DNA from: Calditrichaceae bacterium
GTDB taxonomy: Bacteria; Calditrichota; Calditrichia; Calditrichales; JBFXGD01
Direction of reading: 5' to 3'
DNA length: 64,000 nucleotides
Assembly: GCA_050173015.1 (NCBI GenBank)
Contig: JBFXLE010000011.1
Coordinates: forward strand, 33,232-97,231
A model generated the notes under the pieces. The model worked only from the letters and a program-made list of their open reading frames with translations. It ran no database searches and was not told the DNA's origin. The first letter of the stretch is position 1. Every line of letters begins with the position of its first letter. The translations under genes and the position numbers were made by a program. Positions 36,373 to 46,669 of the stretch are shown piece by piece.

Positions 36373-37683
36373 ATGTCACATCATGTCGTCATTATCGGCG
36401 GAGGATTTGCAGGTTTATATGCCGCGAGATCTCTCGGCAAAGCCGGGGTAAAAGTAACACTGGTCGACAGAAGAAATTTTCATTTGTTTCAGCCGTTGTT
36501 ATATCAGGTAGCGACAGGAGGTTTGTCACCGGGTGATATTGCATCGCCATTGAGAGGAGTTCTTAACCGCCATAAAAATGTTGAGGTTTTGATTGGTGAT
36601 ATGAAGGGTCTTGATGCTAAGACCAGAACTGTCATACTTGAAAACGGGTTTATAAGTTACGATACACTCATTCTGGCCACCGGGGTGAAACATCATTATT
36701 TCGGGCGGGATGATTGGGCCGAAACTGCCCCGGGACTCAAAACGGTTGAGGACGCGATAGATATAAGACACCGCGTCATGTTTGCGTTCGAAGCGGCTGA
36801 ATTGGAAACAAATCCGGTAGCGCGGAAGCAATGGCTAACATTTGTCATTGTAGGCGGGGGGCCTACAGGTGTTGAACTTGCCGGCAGCCTGGGGGAATTG
36901 GCTCATTTTACATTAAAAAATGATTTCAGACGGATTAATCCCGAGGAGGCGAAGATTGTGTTGCTGGAAGGGACAGATCGTTTGCTGCCCACGTTTCCGG
37001 AACAATTATCAGCCACCGCCGAGAGGGCGTTAACAAAACTGGGTGTCACGGTACAAACCCGAACGCTTCTGACAGAATTAAACGGGACTCAGCTCTCGCT
37101 TAAAAGCGAAAACGGTGATGAAAAAATCGATGCAAAAACAGTATTGTGGGCGGCCGGTGTAAAAGCGTCATCCATCGGTCAAATTGTATCCGATTCAACC
37201 GGAGTTGCACTTGATAAAGCAGGAAGAGTAAATGTTGAGCCTGATTTAACGGTTCCGAATCACCCGGAAATCCTAATCGCGGGAGATCTGGCGAATCTGG
37301 ATGACGGTAAGGGAAAAAGTCTGCCGGGAGTAGCGCCCGTGGCGATTCAGCAGGGACGGTATGTGGCCGATATAATTAAGAATCGCCTAAAAGGAATAGA
37401 ATCAAAGCCGTTTCGGTATCGTGACAAAGGAAGCCTCGCGGTAATCGGGCGAAATTGCGCGGTCGCGTATTTTGGTAGATTTAAATTTTCAGGATTTTCC
37501 GCATGGATATTATGGGTATTTGTGCATATCGGCTATTTGATTGAATTTGATAATAAGATTATTGTTATGTTCGAATGGGCCTGGAATTATCTCACACGAA
37601 ACAGGGGCGCGAGATTGATTACAGGCGCTGAAGTTCAAGATCAAAATATAAAGAAGGAAAAAGAAAAGGAGTTAATCGCTTAA
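36373..37683 (+). CDS. ndh: Type II NADH:quinone oxidoreductase (NDH-2)
   Basis: Motifs VVIIGGGFAGL, a second dinucleotide motif VIVGGGPTGVELAG, and AGD. The ATG at 36373 has better AGGA spacing than the TTG at 36367. Confidence 0.85.
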   Translation: MSHHVVIIGGGFAGLYAARSLGKAGVKVTLVDRRNFHLFQPLLYQVATGGLSPGDIASPLRGVLNRHKNVEVLIGDMKGLDAKTRTVILENGFISYDTLILATGVKHHYFGRDDWAETAPGLKTVEDAIDIRHRVMFAFEAAELETNPVARKQWLTFVIVGGGPTGVELAGSLGELAHFTLKNDFRRINPEEAKIVLLEGTDRLLPTFPEQLSATAERALTKLGVTVQTRTLLTELNGTQLSLKSENGDEKIDAKTVLWAAGVKASSIGQIVSDSTGVALDKAGRVNVEPDLTVPNHPEILIAGDLANLDDGKGKSLPGVAPVAIQQGRYVADIIKNRLKGIESKPFRYRDKGSLAVIGRNCAVAYFGRFKFSGFSAWILWVFVHIGYLIEFDNKIIVMFEWAWNYLTRNRGARLITGAEVQDQNIKKEKEKELIA

Positions 37684-37713
37684 AAATTTTCAGGCGATCA
37701 ACTCCTGATTTTG

Positions 37714-40362
37714 TTATATATTTAGCCAATAACTGACTTTAATCATCAAAATGTTATCAGAATCGGCGTCAGCGAGCCGGCTCAGAGAACGCGAGAAACG
37801 AAATTCCCCAATGTCTTCAAAGTCGGACCTGTTTTGTGTCCAGACCAGATAAAATGTTGATCCGGGCATATATTCCCAACGAAGCACGGCATTTCCGCGC
37901 AGAGATTTAAAGTTAAAATCCGGCTGGTTCCAGGATATTTCTCTGGCGAGCCCGCTCCCGTCAGGATCAACTGTGTATGAGTCCCCGTTATAATTAAGGC
38001 CAGATTCTCCCTTTTCGTATTCAATAAAATCATAGCTCTTCGAACGGGTCAGCTCTTTAAAATGATGATAATCACCGGAGGAAATTAATGGCTGCGCGTA
38101 AATCTGTAAGCTTAATTTGGGTGTGAATGTCCAGTTCACACGAACGCTGGCGGAGGCGGTGAGCTGGTCCATCTCAGCAAATACGTATCGCCGGCCAAAG
38201 GTATGTGACGCATAAATATCATCAAATGAATCAACCCATTGCGCGTCAACGTGATTCCATTCAATTTCGGGGGATACCGTCACGCTCAAGTTCGCGGCGG
38301 GTTTCCATTCGGTTTCCAGTTCCACGCCACGGTTCCATGAACCTGATTCACTTATGTACCCGTACGTTCCGAAACCGAATACCCAATCTTTTCTCTCATC
38401 AGAATTGGCAAAAGCGTTTACTTCATATCCGGGACGATTGATGGTCAAAGGTCCGCCTCTCGTTCTGCGGTTACTGATAGATTCAGGATTATAGGCGGAA
38501 GAAATCTCCATTTCATAGTAGTTTGGAAACTGCAGGTAAACATTTGACCAAATCCCGCTCCAAATCGTATTCCCGTCAAAATCTTTAGACCCGAATAGCG
38601 CGCCGAGTACTTTCGCGTACCTGGTGTAGCGGCCGGGTTTTACCCATTTATATCCGCCGCCGATATGAGCATTGATGATATTGGTTCTCCACATGTAGCC
38701 CATATCGTTTACATCAAATTCGGGATCTACAAATCCTATGGCGGAATTAAAAATGATATTGCCTTTCTGTTTATTCAGCAGCACTCTGCCGGAAAAGCCA
38801 GTCATCGAAGTCGCGCTGCTGTCCACGCTCAGATGCTTGGAGTCAGGCATTTGAAAATAGTGCAGCGGATTAGTCTGAAGGTCGGTAATTCGCGCTTCGC
38901 TCCCATGAACATTGCTCATGCCTCCCCAGGCGGTAATGACCCATACTTTATCCTGATCCAGGAATGTCCAGCCATCAAGGCCGAAAGTGAAGGCATCACT
39001 GTTCATTTCATCTTCGAGATAATTTTCTTTAAAATATCGGTGTGTCAGAGTTGAAATAAATCCCAATCCCTGTTTGCCTTTATTAAATTCTTTCTGGGCC
39101 CTCATGATTCCGTAATATGTCAATGGTTCCACTTCATAAGAAGAGCGATGACCGGAGCTGTCAAGATCCGCATATTCACGAGCGGTGATGGCGTGAATGG
39201 TCCCAATGTTCCAGTTATTACCAATTTTCCCTGTGATCTTTGCGGCACTGATAATGGTGGTGCCGTCGGGTACATCGGCAAAATCATGATCCGGCAAATC
39301 AGCCCGGGGAGCGCGGCCTATTCTCCGGCTGTAAAAGAAATTGGGGTTGCCCCAGTTAAATCCCCAGTTGCTGTTGGATCCACCGTATCCAAAATCAAAA
39401 ATGGATGATCCTTCAATAAAAAACGGTCGTTTTTCGCTAAAAAAAGTTTCCACATCGCTTAAGTTTACCACTGCGGGATCCACTTCCACTTGTCCAAAAT
39501 CAGGGTTAACAGTGAGATCAAGGGTAACATTGCTGCTCAGACCAACTTTTACGTCGCCGCCAACCGCGGGGGAATATGTGGATCCGTCATTGAAAGGATC
39601 GCCCACCTCAGGATGAGTAAATGCCGCTTTATTTCTAAAATAAGGCAATATTTCTAAATTCCTCGGCGGTTCTATATTTTCAATACCGACTAGATCATAA
39701 AACCGGGAAACAAATCCGCTTCCGTTTTTTGGCGTAAATACTAAAAAGTCTTCCTCGTTTTTTCGGGCGATGTCTCTTCTAAAATTTACACCCCACACAT
39801 AATGATCTTTTTTCTTAAAACGGAGCTGTGAAAAAGGAACTTTGAATTCGGCGACCCAACAGTCCTGTTCAATGCGGGCTTTGCCTTCCCATACACCGTC
39901 CCACGAATCGTCATCCCAGTCGTCGTTATAACAGACACCGTCGTACAATGTCCCGGCGGCATTGACCGCAAAGTAAAATCCGCTTCGTCTGTCATAGTAT
40001 GGATCAATATAAAAACCGAAAACATCGGAAGTCATCCAGTCATCCCGTCTGCCCAGCCTGGCGATGATTGAATCGGGATTTGAATCAAACATACGCGCGG
40101 CAACATAGATCGCCTCGTCATCATAGGTCATGTAAACAATGGTTTTTTCCGTGGGGGGCGAGCCTTCGTTGGGATTTTTTTGAATAAATTCAGAAATGCC
40201 GGTGGAATTCTGCCATGCAGATTCATTAAGAAATCCGTCAATCTTTATGCCGGAATCGGAACGATTAATCTGAATTTTATTATTTTCTGTTTCATTGGTA
40301 ATTGATGCAAATGTGGATCCGGATACCAGGACAATCAAGAGAATAGTCGTATAAAATTTCAT
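37714..40362 (-). CDS. Large secreted/outer-membrane protein with N-terminal CBM9-like domain (DUF5916-like family)
   Basis: Signal peptide, then the KIDGFLNESAWQN...IYVAARMFD pattern of CBM9-like domains, then a long beta-rich C-terminal region. 882 aa. Confidence 0.6.
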   Translation of the reverse strand: MKFYTTILLIVLVSGSTFASITNETENNKIQINRSDSGIKIDGFLNESAWQNSTGISEFIQKNPNEGSPPTEKTIVYMTYDDEAIYVAARMFDSNPDSIIARLGRRDDWMTSDVFGFYIDPYYDRRSGFYFAVNAAGTLYDGVCYNDDWDDDSWDGVWEGKARIEQDCWVAEFKVPFSQLRFKKKDHYVWGVNFRRDIARKNEEDFLVFTPKNGSGFVSRFYDLVGIENIEPPRNLEILPYFRNKAAFTHPEVGDPFNDGSTYSPAVGGDVKVGLSSNVTLDLTVNPDFGQVEVDPAVVNLSDVETFFSEKRPFFIEGSSIFDFGYGGSNSNWGFNWGNPNFFYSRRIGRAPRADLPDHDFADVPDGTTIISAAKITGKIGNNWNIGTIHAITAREYADLDSSGHRSSYEVEPLTYYGIMRAQKEFNKGKQGLGFISTLTHRYFKENYLEDEMNSDAFTFGLDGWTFLDQDKVWVITAWGGMSNVHGSEARITDLQTNPLHYFQMPDSKHLSVDSSATSMTGFSGRVLLNKQKGNIIFNSAIGFVDPEFDVNDMGYMWRTNIINAHIGGGYKWVKPGRYTRYAKVLGALFGSKDFDGNTIWSGIWSNVYLQFPNYYEMEISSAYNPESISNRRTRGGPLTINRPGYEVNAFANSDERKDWVFGFGTYGYISESGSWNRGVELETEWKPAANLSVTVSPEIEWNHVDAQWVDSFDDIYASHTFGRRYVFAEMDQLTASASVRVNWTFTPKLSLQIYAQPLISSGDYHHFKELTRSKSYDFIEYEKGESGLNYNGDSYTVDPDGSGLAREISWNQPDFNFKSLRGNAVLRWEYMPGSTFYLVWTQNRSDFEDIGEFRFSRSLSRLADADSDNILMIKVSYWLNI

Positions 40363-40497
40363 ATATTCCCACCTTTAAATTTTTTACTTTTTTATTACAG
40401 ACGTCGGTTGTTGCGAAAAGTTTGCATTCGGGGTATATTTTTTTAAAAATTAGTCAGAATTGATTTGTTTCCTAATTTTAGTTTAAAAAAGAGTTTC

Positions 40498-41247
40498 ATG
40501 ACAAGCATAATAAAAACGCGTGGGATTGTTCTTAGCTCCATACGATGGCATGAATCAAGTAAGATAGTTACGCTGTACACCGAGAAACTCGGTAAAATAA
40601 AAGTAATAGCCCGCGGCGCGTTAAAAGATAAAAGCTCATTCAGAGGGGATTTAGAGGCATTAAACGAACTTGATGTAATAATCTCGGTTAAACAGGCGCG
40701 TTCGCTGCAGATACTGACTGAGACCGAGTTAGAGGAGACTTTTAATGCTGTTAAGGCGGACTGGAATCGTCTGCCGATTGCTTTGGCGATATTGGAGTTA
40801 ATAAACGAGGTATTCGATGAAGGGCACGCGGATCAAATTTTTTACAATTTTACAGTTTCGGTACTTCGGCAGACGGGAGAATTAAAAACTCCATTCACCG
40901 CGTTCTGGTACTTTCTGCTTAAGTTGTCATCTTTCCTGGGGTTTAAGCCGAATTTAAATAACTGTCAGACATGCGGCGCTGACCGGTTTGATTCGGATGT
41001 GTTCTTTTCAGTTGAGCAGGGGGCCGTATATTGTGATAATTGCGCAAGAGGCGCGGGTCTTTCAATAAAGATCAACCCTAATAATTTCGATTTTTTACGA
41101 AAATTGCAGGACTATCATCATCGACAACTCAAAAAATTTGAAGAGCAATCTAAATCGTCATATGATTTCACAAATATACTTATTGATTACCTGAACCACC
41201 ATATTGACCGCAAAATAGTATTGAACTCGTTGAGCATGTTTTCATGA
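40498..41247 (+). CDS. recO: DNA repair protein RecO
   Basis: The N-terminal OB region is TRGIVLSSIRWHESSKIVTLYT. The Zn motif is CQTCG...YCDNC. ATG 40498 preferred. Confidence 0.85.
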   Translation: MTSIIKTRGIVLSSIRWHESSKIVTLYTEKLGKIKVIARGALKDKSSFRGDLEALNELDVIISVKQARSLQILTETELEETFNAVKADWNRLPIALAILELINEVFDEGHADQIFYNFTVSVLRQTGELKTPFTAFWYFLLKLSSFLGFKPNLNNCQTCGADRFDSDVFFSVEQGAVYCDNCARGAGLSIKINPNNFDFLRKLQDYHHRQLKKFEEQSKSSYDFTNILIDYLNHHIDRKIVLNSLSMFS

Positions 41248-41390
41248 TATAAAAATCCGGTTTTTTAAGATTCGGGATAACAGATAAATCTTGATTCTAT
41301 AACGATTTCCGTAACTAAATTTATTATGAAATTTGTGTTTAATATTTTATATTGTTGTTCTGTTTAAACAAAAAACATAGGAGGCGATGA

Positions 41391-42701
41391 GTGGCCACTC
41401 AACCTGATAATAAAATAATGGAAAAGATTGTATCTCTTGCCAAACGCAGGGGATTCATATTTCAGAGCAGTGAAATTTATGGTGGAATCAATTCTTGTTA
41501 TGATTACGGCCCGCTTGGCATTGAAATGAAGAAAAATATAAAAGAGTTATGGTGGAAAAGCATGGTTTATGAGCGGGATGATATTGAGGGCATAGATGCA
41601 AGTATTCTGATGCACCCGAAAGTGTGGGAAGCATCCGGCCATGTGGAAGGATTTACTGATCCCCTGATCGACTGTAAAATCTGTAAATCACGTTTTCGCG
41701 AAGATCAGATAGATACTTCAAAGCCATGTCCGGTATGCGGTAACCGGGAATCATTCACAGAATCCCGTCAGTTTAACCTTATGTTCAAGACATTTATGGG
41801 ACCATTGGAAGATTCCGCAAATGTCATTTTTCTGCGTCCCGAAACAGCGCAGGGTATTTATGTTAATTTCCACAATGTCCGTGAAGCCGCTCGGCAAAAA
41901 CTGCCGTTCGGGATTGCTCAAATTGGAAAAGCATTCAGGAATGAAATCACACCCGGTAACTTTACTTTCAGAACCCGTGAATTTGAACAAATGGAGATGC
42001 AGTTTTTTGTATATCCCGGGGAAGATGACAAGTGGTTTGAATATTGGAAAGAAAAAAGGATGGGATGGTATGAAAGGCTCGGTTTACCGTCCAAAAAACT
42101 AAGGTTCCATCCCCATGGTGATAATGAGCTGGCGCATTACGCGAAAAGCGCGGCTGATATTGAATATGAATTCCCGTTCGGATGGCAGGAAATCGAGGGT
42201 GTCCATAATCGGACAGATTTCGATCTTGGCCGGCATAAAGAATATTCAGGTAAAGATTTAAGATATTATGACGATCAATTAAAGGAAAAGTTTATTCCTT
42301 ATGTAATTGAGACGTCGATTGGTTGCGATCGTACATTGCTGACTTGTTTAATCGATGCCTATACTGAAGAAGAGGAGCGGGTGGTTCTGAAATTAGCTCC
42401 GTCAATCGCACCAATAAAAGTGGCTGTGTTTCCCTTAGTGAACAGGGACGGGATGCCTGAGATCGCGAAGAATATATGTAGCGAGTTAAGGGGAGATTAC
42501 AGGGTGTTTTATGACAGCAGCGGCTCCATCGGACGGAGATACCGCAGACAGGATGAAGCAGGTACGCCGTTTTGTCTGACCGTAGATACCGAGACTCTTG
42601 AAAATAAAACAGTTACGGTGCGGTACAGGGACAGCATGGAACAAAAGAGAGTTGATATAAATAATCTGAAGTCATTTTTGGCTACAGAATTAAAGTTTTA
42701 A
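41391..42701 (+). CDS. glyQS: Glycine--tRNA ligase (homodimeric class II type)
   Basis: GTG start 6 nt after AGGAGG. Motifs RRGFIFQSSEIYGG, LRPETAQG, FRNEITP and GCDR. Confidence 0.95.
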   Translation: MATQPDNKIMEKIVSLAKRRGFIFQSSEIYGGINSCYDYGPLGIEMKKNIKELWWKSMVYERDDIEGIDASILMHPKVWEASGHVEGFTDPLIDCKICKSRFREDQIDTSKPCPVCGNRESFTESRQFNLMFKTFMGPLEDSANVIFLRPETAQGIYVNFHNVREAARQKLPFGIAQIGKAFRNEITPGNFTFRTREFEQMEMQFFVYPGEDDKWFEYWKEKRMGWYERLGLPSKKLRFHPHGDNELAHYAKSAADIEYEFPFGWQEIEGVHNRTDFDLGRHKEYSGKDLRYYDDQLKEKFIPYVIETSIGCDRTLLTCLIDAYTEEEERVVLKLAPSIAPIKVAVFPLVNRDGMPEIAKNICSELRGDYRVFYDSSGSIGRRYRRQDEAGTPFCLTVDTETLENKTVTVRYRDSMEQKRVDINNLKSFLATELKF

Positions 42702-42707
42702 AATAAT

Positions 42708-42745
42708 GCCATACAGGTTCACGGCTGAACCTGTATGGCCTGTTT
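42708..42745 (+). terminator. Terminator hairpin after glyQS
   Basis: Perfect 14-bp stem gccatacaggttca / tgaacctgtatggc with loop cggc. The T tract that follows (ctgttt) is weak. Confidence 0.6.
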
Positions 42746-42767
42746 AATAGAATGAAAAGAGTACTTA

Positions 42768-43856
42768 ATGGGCAAAGGATTCCTAAAGTCTTTAGGGAAG
42801 CTGATAGTCATTGAAATTTTGTATCTGTTGTTCTTTGGGATAATATTTTCTGTTATTCCACACCGGACGGTGGAAGTAATTACGTTTTTAAACTTCAATT
42901 TGTACTTTCTTATTTTTATAGTCATATGGTTATCGCTTCCGTTCACGGTGGCAAATAAACCATTGGTGAAATTGTTTCTTTTGCAATTCCTTTTATATGC
43001 GTTCGGACCGTTATTTCTGGTTTTTGTCGGTGATGAGGCCGGTTTCCTTTCAGACAATATGGCGAACATCCTGTACATTTATCAGTATATTTTTCTAAAC
43101 GGGTTCAATCTGCTGGTTACCATGTTTATATTTATCTATGCTGTTTTGCCGGGTAAGGAATCCAAAATAATTTTACGCAGAGCTGTTATTTTAAGCATGA
43201 TCATTACGACCGGAATATATTTCAATATCATTTTCTCCGGACAGTCGTTAGGATATGAAAATTATTATGATTATTATCAGAAGTTTTTTACAAATAATTA
43301 CTATATCAATATTTTGAATTTTTCCTTTTTATTTATTGTCTGGGTTTATTACCAACAGGGAAGATTCATATTTTCTGATTATCTGACGTCGATACTTTCT
43401 CTCTTTACTCTGGTCATTATTTTAGAGATTTTCCATTCGTTTAATTTAACGAGCGGCAGTCATTATTTTACATATGGCCAATATTTTAACGTCATTTTAA
43501 ATTCAGGCCTATTGATGCTTTGGTTAATAAGATTAAGATATTTGATGACGCCCGATGCAAAAGAGAATGAAAGATATGTAATAAATTATGAATTGCTTCA
43601 CGGTTATGTTGAGAAGCCGCGAAGAGGATATCTTACAAATCTGGCTCTCAAAATAGGGAGAAGAAACCTGTTCATTAGCGCCTTGGTCCTCGTGTTGATT
43701 CTGGTCATACCGGTAATCGCGTTGGACAAACAAAACAGTTTTGTAAGGTTAAATATTTTGATACTGACGATATCATTACTTGTTCTGATCATTTTCGGTT
43801 TTTTATACTTGCAGAGTCGATGGTTTAAGTCCATAGGTTTTCTGTTTAAAAAATAG
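42768..43856 (+). CDS. Polytopic membrane protein (possible sensor module for the downstream kinase)
   Basis: 362 aa and about 10 hydrophobic segments. It ends 11 nt before the histidine-kinase gene. Confidence 0.6.
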   Translation: MGKGFLKSLGKLIVIEILYLLFFGIIFSVIPHRTVEVITFLNFNLYFLIFIVIWLSLPFTVANKPLVKLFLLQFLLYAFGPLFLVFVGDEAGFLSDNMANILYIYQYIFLNGFNLLVTMFIFIYAVLPGKESKIILRRAVILSMIITTGIYFNIIFSGQSLGYENYYDYYQKFFTNNYYINILNFSFLFIVWVYYQQGRFIFSDYLTSILSLFTLVIILEIFHSFNLTSGSHYFTYGQYFNVILNSGLLMLWLIRLRYLMTPDAKENERYVINYELLHGYVEKPRRGYLTNLALKIGRRNLFISALVLVLILVIPVIALDKQNSFVRLNILILTISLLVLIIFGFLYLQSRWFKSIGFLFKK

Positions 43857-43867
43857 GTCCCTGGGTA

Positions 43868-45394
43868 ATGTTTCTTAGGAAAAAAAGTCAGCCCCACAAT
43901 ACGAGGCTCACCACTTTGGTTGATGAACTCCAGGATGGATTTTGTACAATTCGTCTTAACGGGGATTTTATTTACATGAACAGAGCCGCCAGAGACCTTT
44001 TTGTTTTTAATGAAGATCCGTATGACTATAATTTTTTTCGCGACTGCATCCGCAATGAAATCATTATCAACAAAATGAAGATAAATTTTGTTGAAAAAGA
44101 TTACCTGAAAGATATTGAAATAGATCTGTACAATACAAAGAACCAAAAATTCCCAACGATACTGACCTTAAATCTTATTCGTGATCTAAGAGGCAATACC
44201 ATTGGGATGGCGGCTTTGATTAAGGATATGACAGCTTTTAAGACCATGCAAACCCAGCTTCTGCAGGCGCAAAAAATGGAAAGTATTGGTCTCCTCGCCA
44301 GCGGTATTGCTCATGAGTTCAATAATATTTTATCCGGAATCATGCCGAATGCGGAGCTGATTAAGATGACAACGGATAAGGACAGCCAAAATCACGCGCG
44401 CGCAGAATCCATTGAAAAGTCAGCGCAGAGAGCCGCAAACATTGTAAAACAACTATTGAGTTTTGCCAGAAGCGATAAGTTTGACGATGATGTTTCACTG
44501 GATTTAAAACAGGCGGTGACAGAAACCCTTGAAATAATGGGAAAATTGTTCAGCAAAAACATCACAATCGAGAATAAACTGCCGATGGATTTGTACCCGG
44601 TTAAAGCCGATCCTACACGGGTTCAGCAAATTGTGATGAATCTTGCTATTAATGCAAAAGACGCGATTAAGGATGTAAGTGGTTTTATCACTTTCAACGC
44701 GGAAAATATTATTATTAAAGAAAATTACACTGAGAATATAAAGCTGTCCAGTGGAAAATATGTCAAATTGATTGTTTCGGATACGGGAGGCGGAATTCCT
44801 ACTCATGTAATAGATAAAATTTTTGATCCGTTTTTTACGACAAAGAGTCCGGGAAAAGGTACAGGTTTGGGTTTGTCAACCGTATATGGAATAGTTAAAA
44901 ATATTAATGGTGAAATTAAGGTGTTTAGTGAATTGAATAAAGGTACACGATTTGAGATTTACCTGCCGGCAAGCGAGAAAGCGGCAGTTAAAGATGATAC
45001 AAGTATTGAAATGACAGTTTTGGATGACATAAAGACGGTTCTGGTAGTCGATGATGAAGATATGATCAGAGAAATGACAAAAGATATGCTGAATTATTTT
45101 GGCTATGAAGTTCTTATAGCAAAAAATGGTATGGAAGCATTAAATGTTTTTGATGATCATAAAGAAAAAATTGATATAGTTTTACTCGATCTGATCATGC
45201 CGAAAATGAACGGAGTTGCATGTTTTGAAAAAATTCGCGAGTTAAAAAATGATGTACCGGTGATCATCACCTCTGGTGTAGGAGAGGCCGACAAAAAAGA
45301 TGATTTAATGAGAATGGGGGTGACGGCTTATCTGGAAAAACCGTATACGATTAAAGTTCTCGCGGATAAATTTAAGGAAATTTTTAAAGCATAA
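43868..45394 (+). CDS. Hybrid sensor histidine kinase / response regulator (PAS-HisKA-HATPase-REC), no TM segment
   Basis: H-box SGIAHEFNNIL, N/G boxes NLAINAKDA, DTGGGI and GTGLGLS, and the receiver VLVVDDEDMIRE...DLIMPKMNG. Confidence 0.9.
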   Translation: MFLRKKSQPHNTRLTTLVDELQDGFCTIRLNGDFIYMNRAARDLFVFNEDPYDYNFFRDCIRNEIIINKMKINFVEKDYLKDIEIDLYNTKNQKFPTILTLNLIRDLRGNTIGMAALIKDMTAFKTMQTQLLQAQKMESIGLLASGIAHEFNNILSGIMPNAELIKMTTDKDSQNHARAESIEKSAQRAANIVKQLLSFARSDKFDDDVSLDLKQAVTETLEIMGKLFSKNITIENKLPMDLYPVKADPTRVQQIVMNLAINAKDAIKDVSGFITFNAENIIIKENYTENIKLSSGKYVKLIVSDTGGGIPTHVIDKIFDPFFTTKSPGKGTGLGLSTVYGIVKNINGEIKVFSELNKGTRFEIYLPASEKAAVKDDTSIEMTVLDDIKTVLVVDDEDMIREMTKDMLNYFGYEVLIAKNGMEALNVFDDHKEKIDIVLLDLIMPKMNGVACFEKIRELKNDVPVIITSGVGEADKKDDLMRMGVTAYLEKPYTIKVLADKFKEIFKA

Positions 45395-45400
45395 AAAACA

Positions 45401-45424
45401 GGTATAAGGCGAAAGCCCTATACC
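45401..45424. terminator. Bidirectional terminator hairpin between convergent genes
   Basis: The hairpin ggtataaggc-gaaa-gccctatacc has a GNRA loop and one mismatch. It is flanked by T-runs on both strands (tcgtttt on plus; tgttttttat on minus). Confidence 0.55.
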
Positions 45425-45443
45425 CGTCGTTTTAGTATTGCTC

Positions 45444-46571
45444 TCAGGAATAAAATTCCGAAATACTGTCCATCACATAGTCTTTTTGCGCATCCGTCAA
45501 CTCAGGATATATGGGAATCGCCAATGAAGACCCAGCGATTTTTTCCGCGACCGGGAATTCGCCATTTTTATATCCAAGGTAATTAAAACACTCCTGTTCA
45601 TGGAAGCAAACCGGATAATATATTTCACAACCGATATTCTTACTTTGAAGAAATTTCAGTAATTCATCACGATTTTCGACCAGTATAATATACTGATTGA
45701 AAATATGTCTGTATCCTTCAACTCTCACAGGTATTTTTACCTTACTCTGCAAATTGCGCTTTTTTATTCCGGCATCATAATAATCGGCATTTTTCTGTCT
45801 TCCGGCAGTCCATCCGTCTAGATATTTAAGTTTTACATCCAGAACGACGGCCTGGAGCGAATCCAGCCTGAAGTTGCCACCTATCATCTTGTGGTAATAT
45901 TTAGGGTGGGCGCCATGATTTCTTAAATAAGCCAGTTTATTAAACAGGTTTTCATCGTCGGTCGTCACAAGGCCGCCGTCACCGAAACCACCGAGGTTCT
46001 TACTGGGGAAGAACGAGAAACATCCGATGTGACCAATTGAACCGGCTCTTCTTCCGTCTTTGTATTCAGAACCGATTGCCTGAGCTGCATCTTCGATGAC
46101 ATACAGACTGTTTTTCTTTGCGATATCCATTATTGGATCCATGTCCGCAAGCTGACCATAAAGATGAACAGGAATAATGGCTTTCGTTTTCTTTGTTATG
46201 GCGGCTTCAATTTTTGATGGATCAATATTATAACTTTCCGGATCAACATCCACAAATACCGGAACAGCATTCATTCGTGATATGCATCCGGCAGTTGCAA
46301 AAAATGAATAAGTTGTGGTGATAACTTCATCTCCGGGCTGCAGGTCGATTGCCATTAAAGCGATTAATAGCGCGTCTGTCCCGGATGAAACACCAAGCGC
46401 GTATTTTGATTGACAATAAGAAGCTACATTATCTTCAAAGGCTTTTACTTTAGGCCCCAATATGAAGTACTGCGATTCGATGACATCCTTTACCACCGGC
46501 TCAATTTCATCACGGATAGCACTGTATTGCGCTTTCAGATCCAGTAACGGAACATTTGTGACTTTTTCCAA
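45444..46571 (-). CDS. DegT/DnrJ/EryC1/StrS-family PLP-dependent sugar aminotransferase
   Basis: The family pattern runs throughout (YFILGPKV, SGTDAL, FSFFPSKNLG with the PLP lysine). Confidence 0.9.
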   Translation of the reverse strand: MEKVTNVPLLDLKAQYSAIRDEIEPVVKDVIESQYFILGPKVKAFEDNVASYCQSKYALGVSSGTDALLIALMAIDLQPGDEVITTTYSFFATAGCISRMNAVPVFVDVDPESYNIDPSKIEAAITKKTKAIIPVHLYGQLADMDPIMDIAKKNSLYVIEDAAQAIGSEYKDGRRAGSIGHIGCFSFFPSKNLGGFGDGGLVTTDDENLFNKLAYLRNHGAHPKYYHKMIGGNFRLDSLQAVVLDVKLKYLDGWTAGRQKNADYYDAGIKKRNLQSKVKIPVRVEGYRHIFNQYIILVENRDELLKFLQSKNIGCEIYYPVCFHEQECFNYLGYKNGEFPVAEKIAGSSLAIPIYPELTDAQKDYVMDSISEFYS

Positions 46572-46669
46572 AATTTATTCTCCTGATTTAATTCTTAAGT
46601 ATAATATTTTATCATCTTAAAATAAGTTTAAATTTACATACAAATTATTGTAATTAAAACGCTTTCTTC

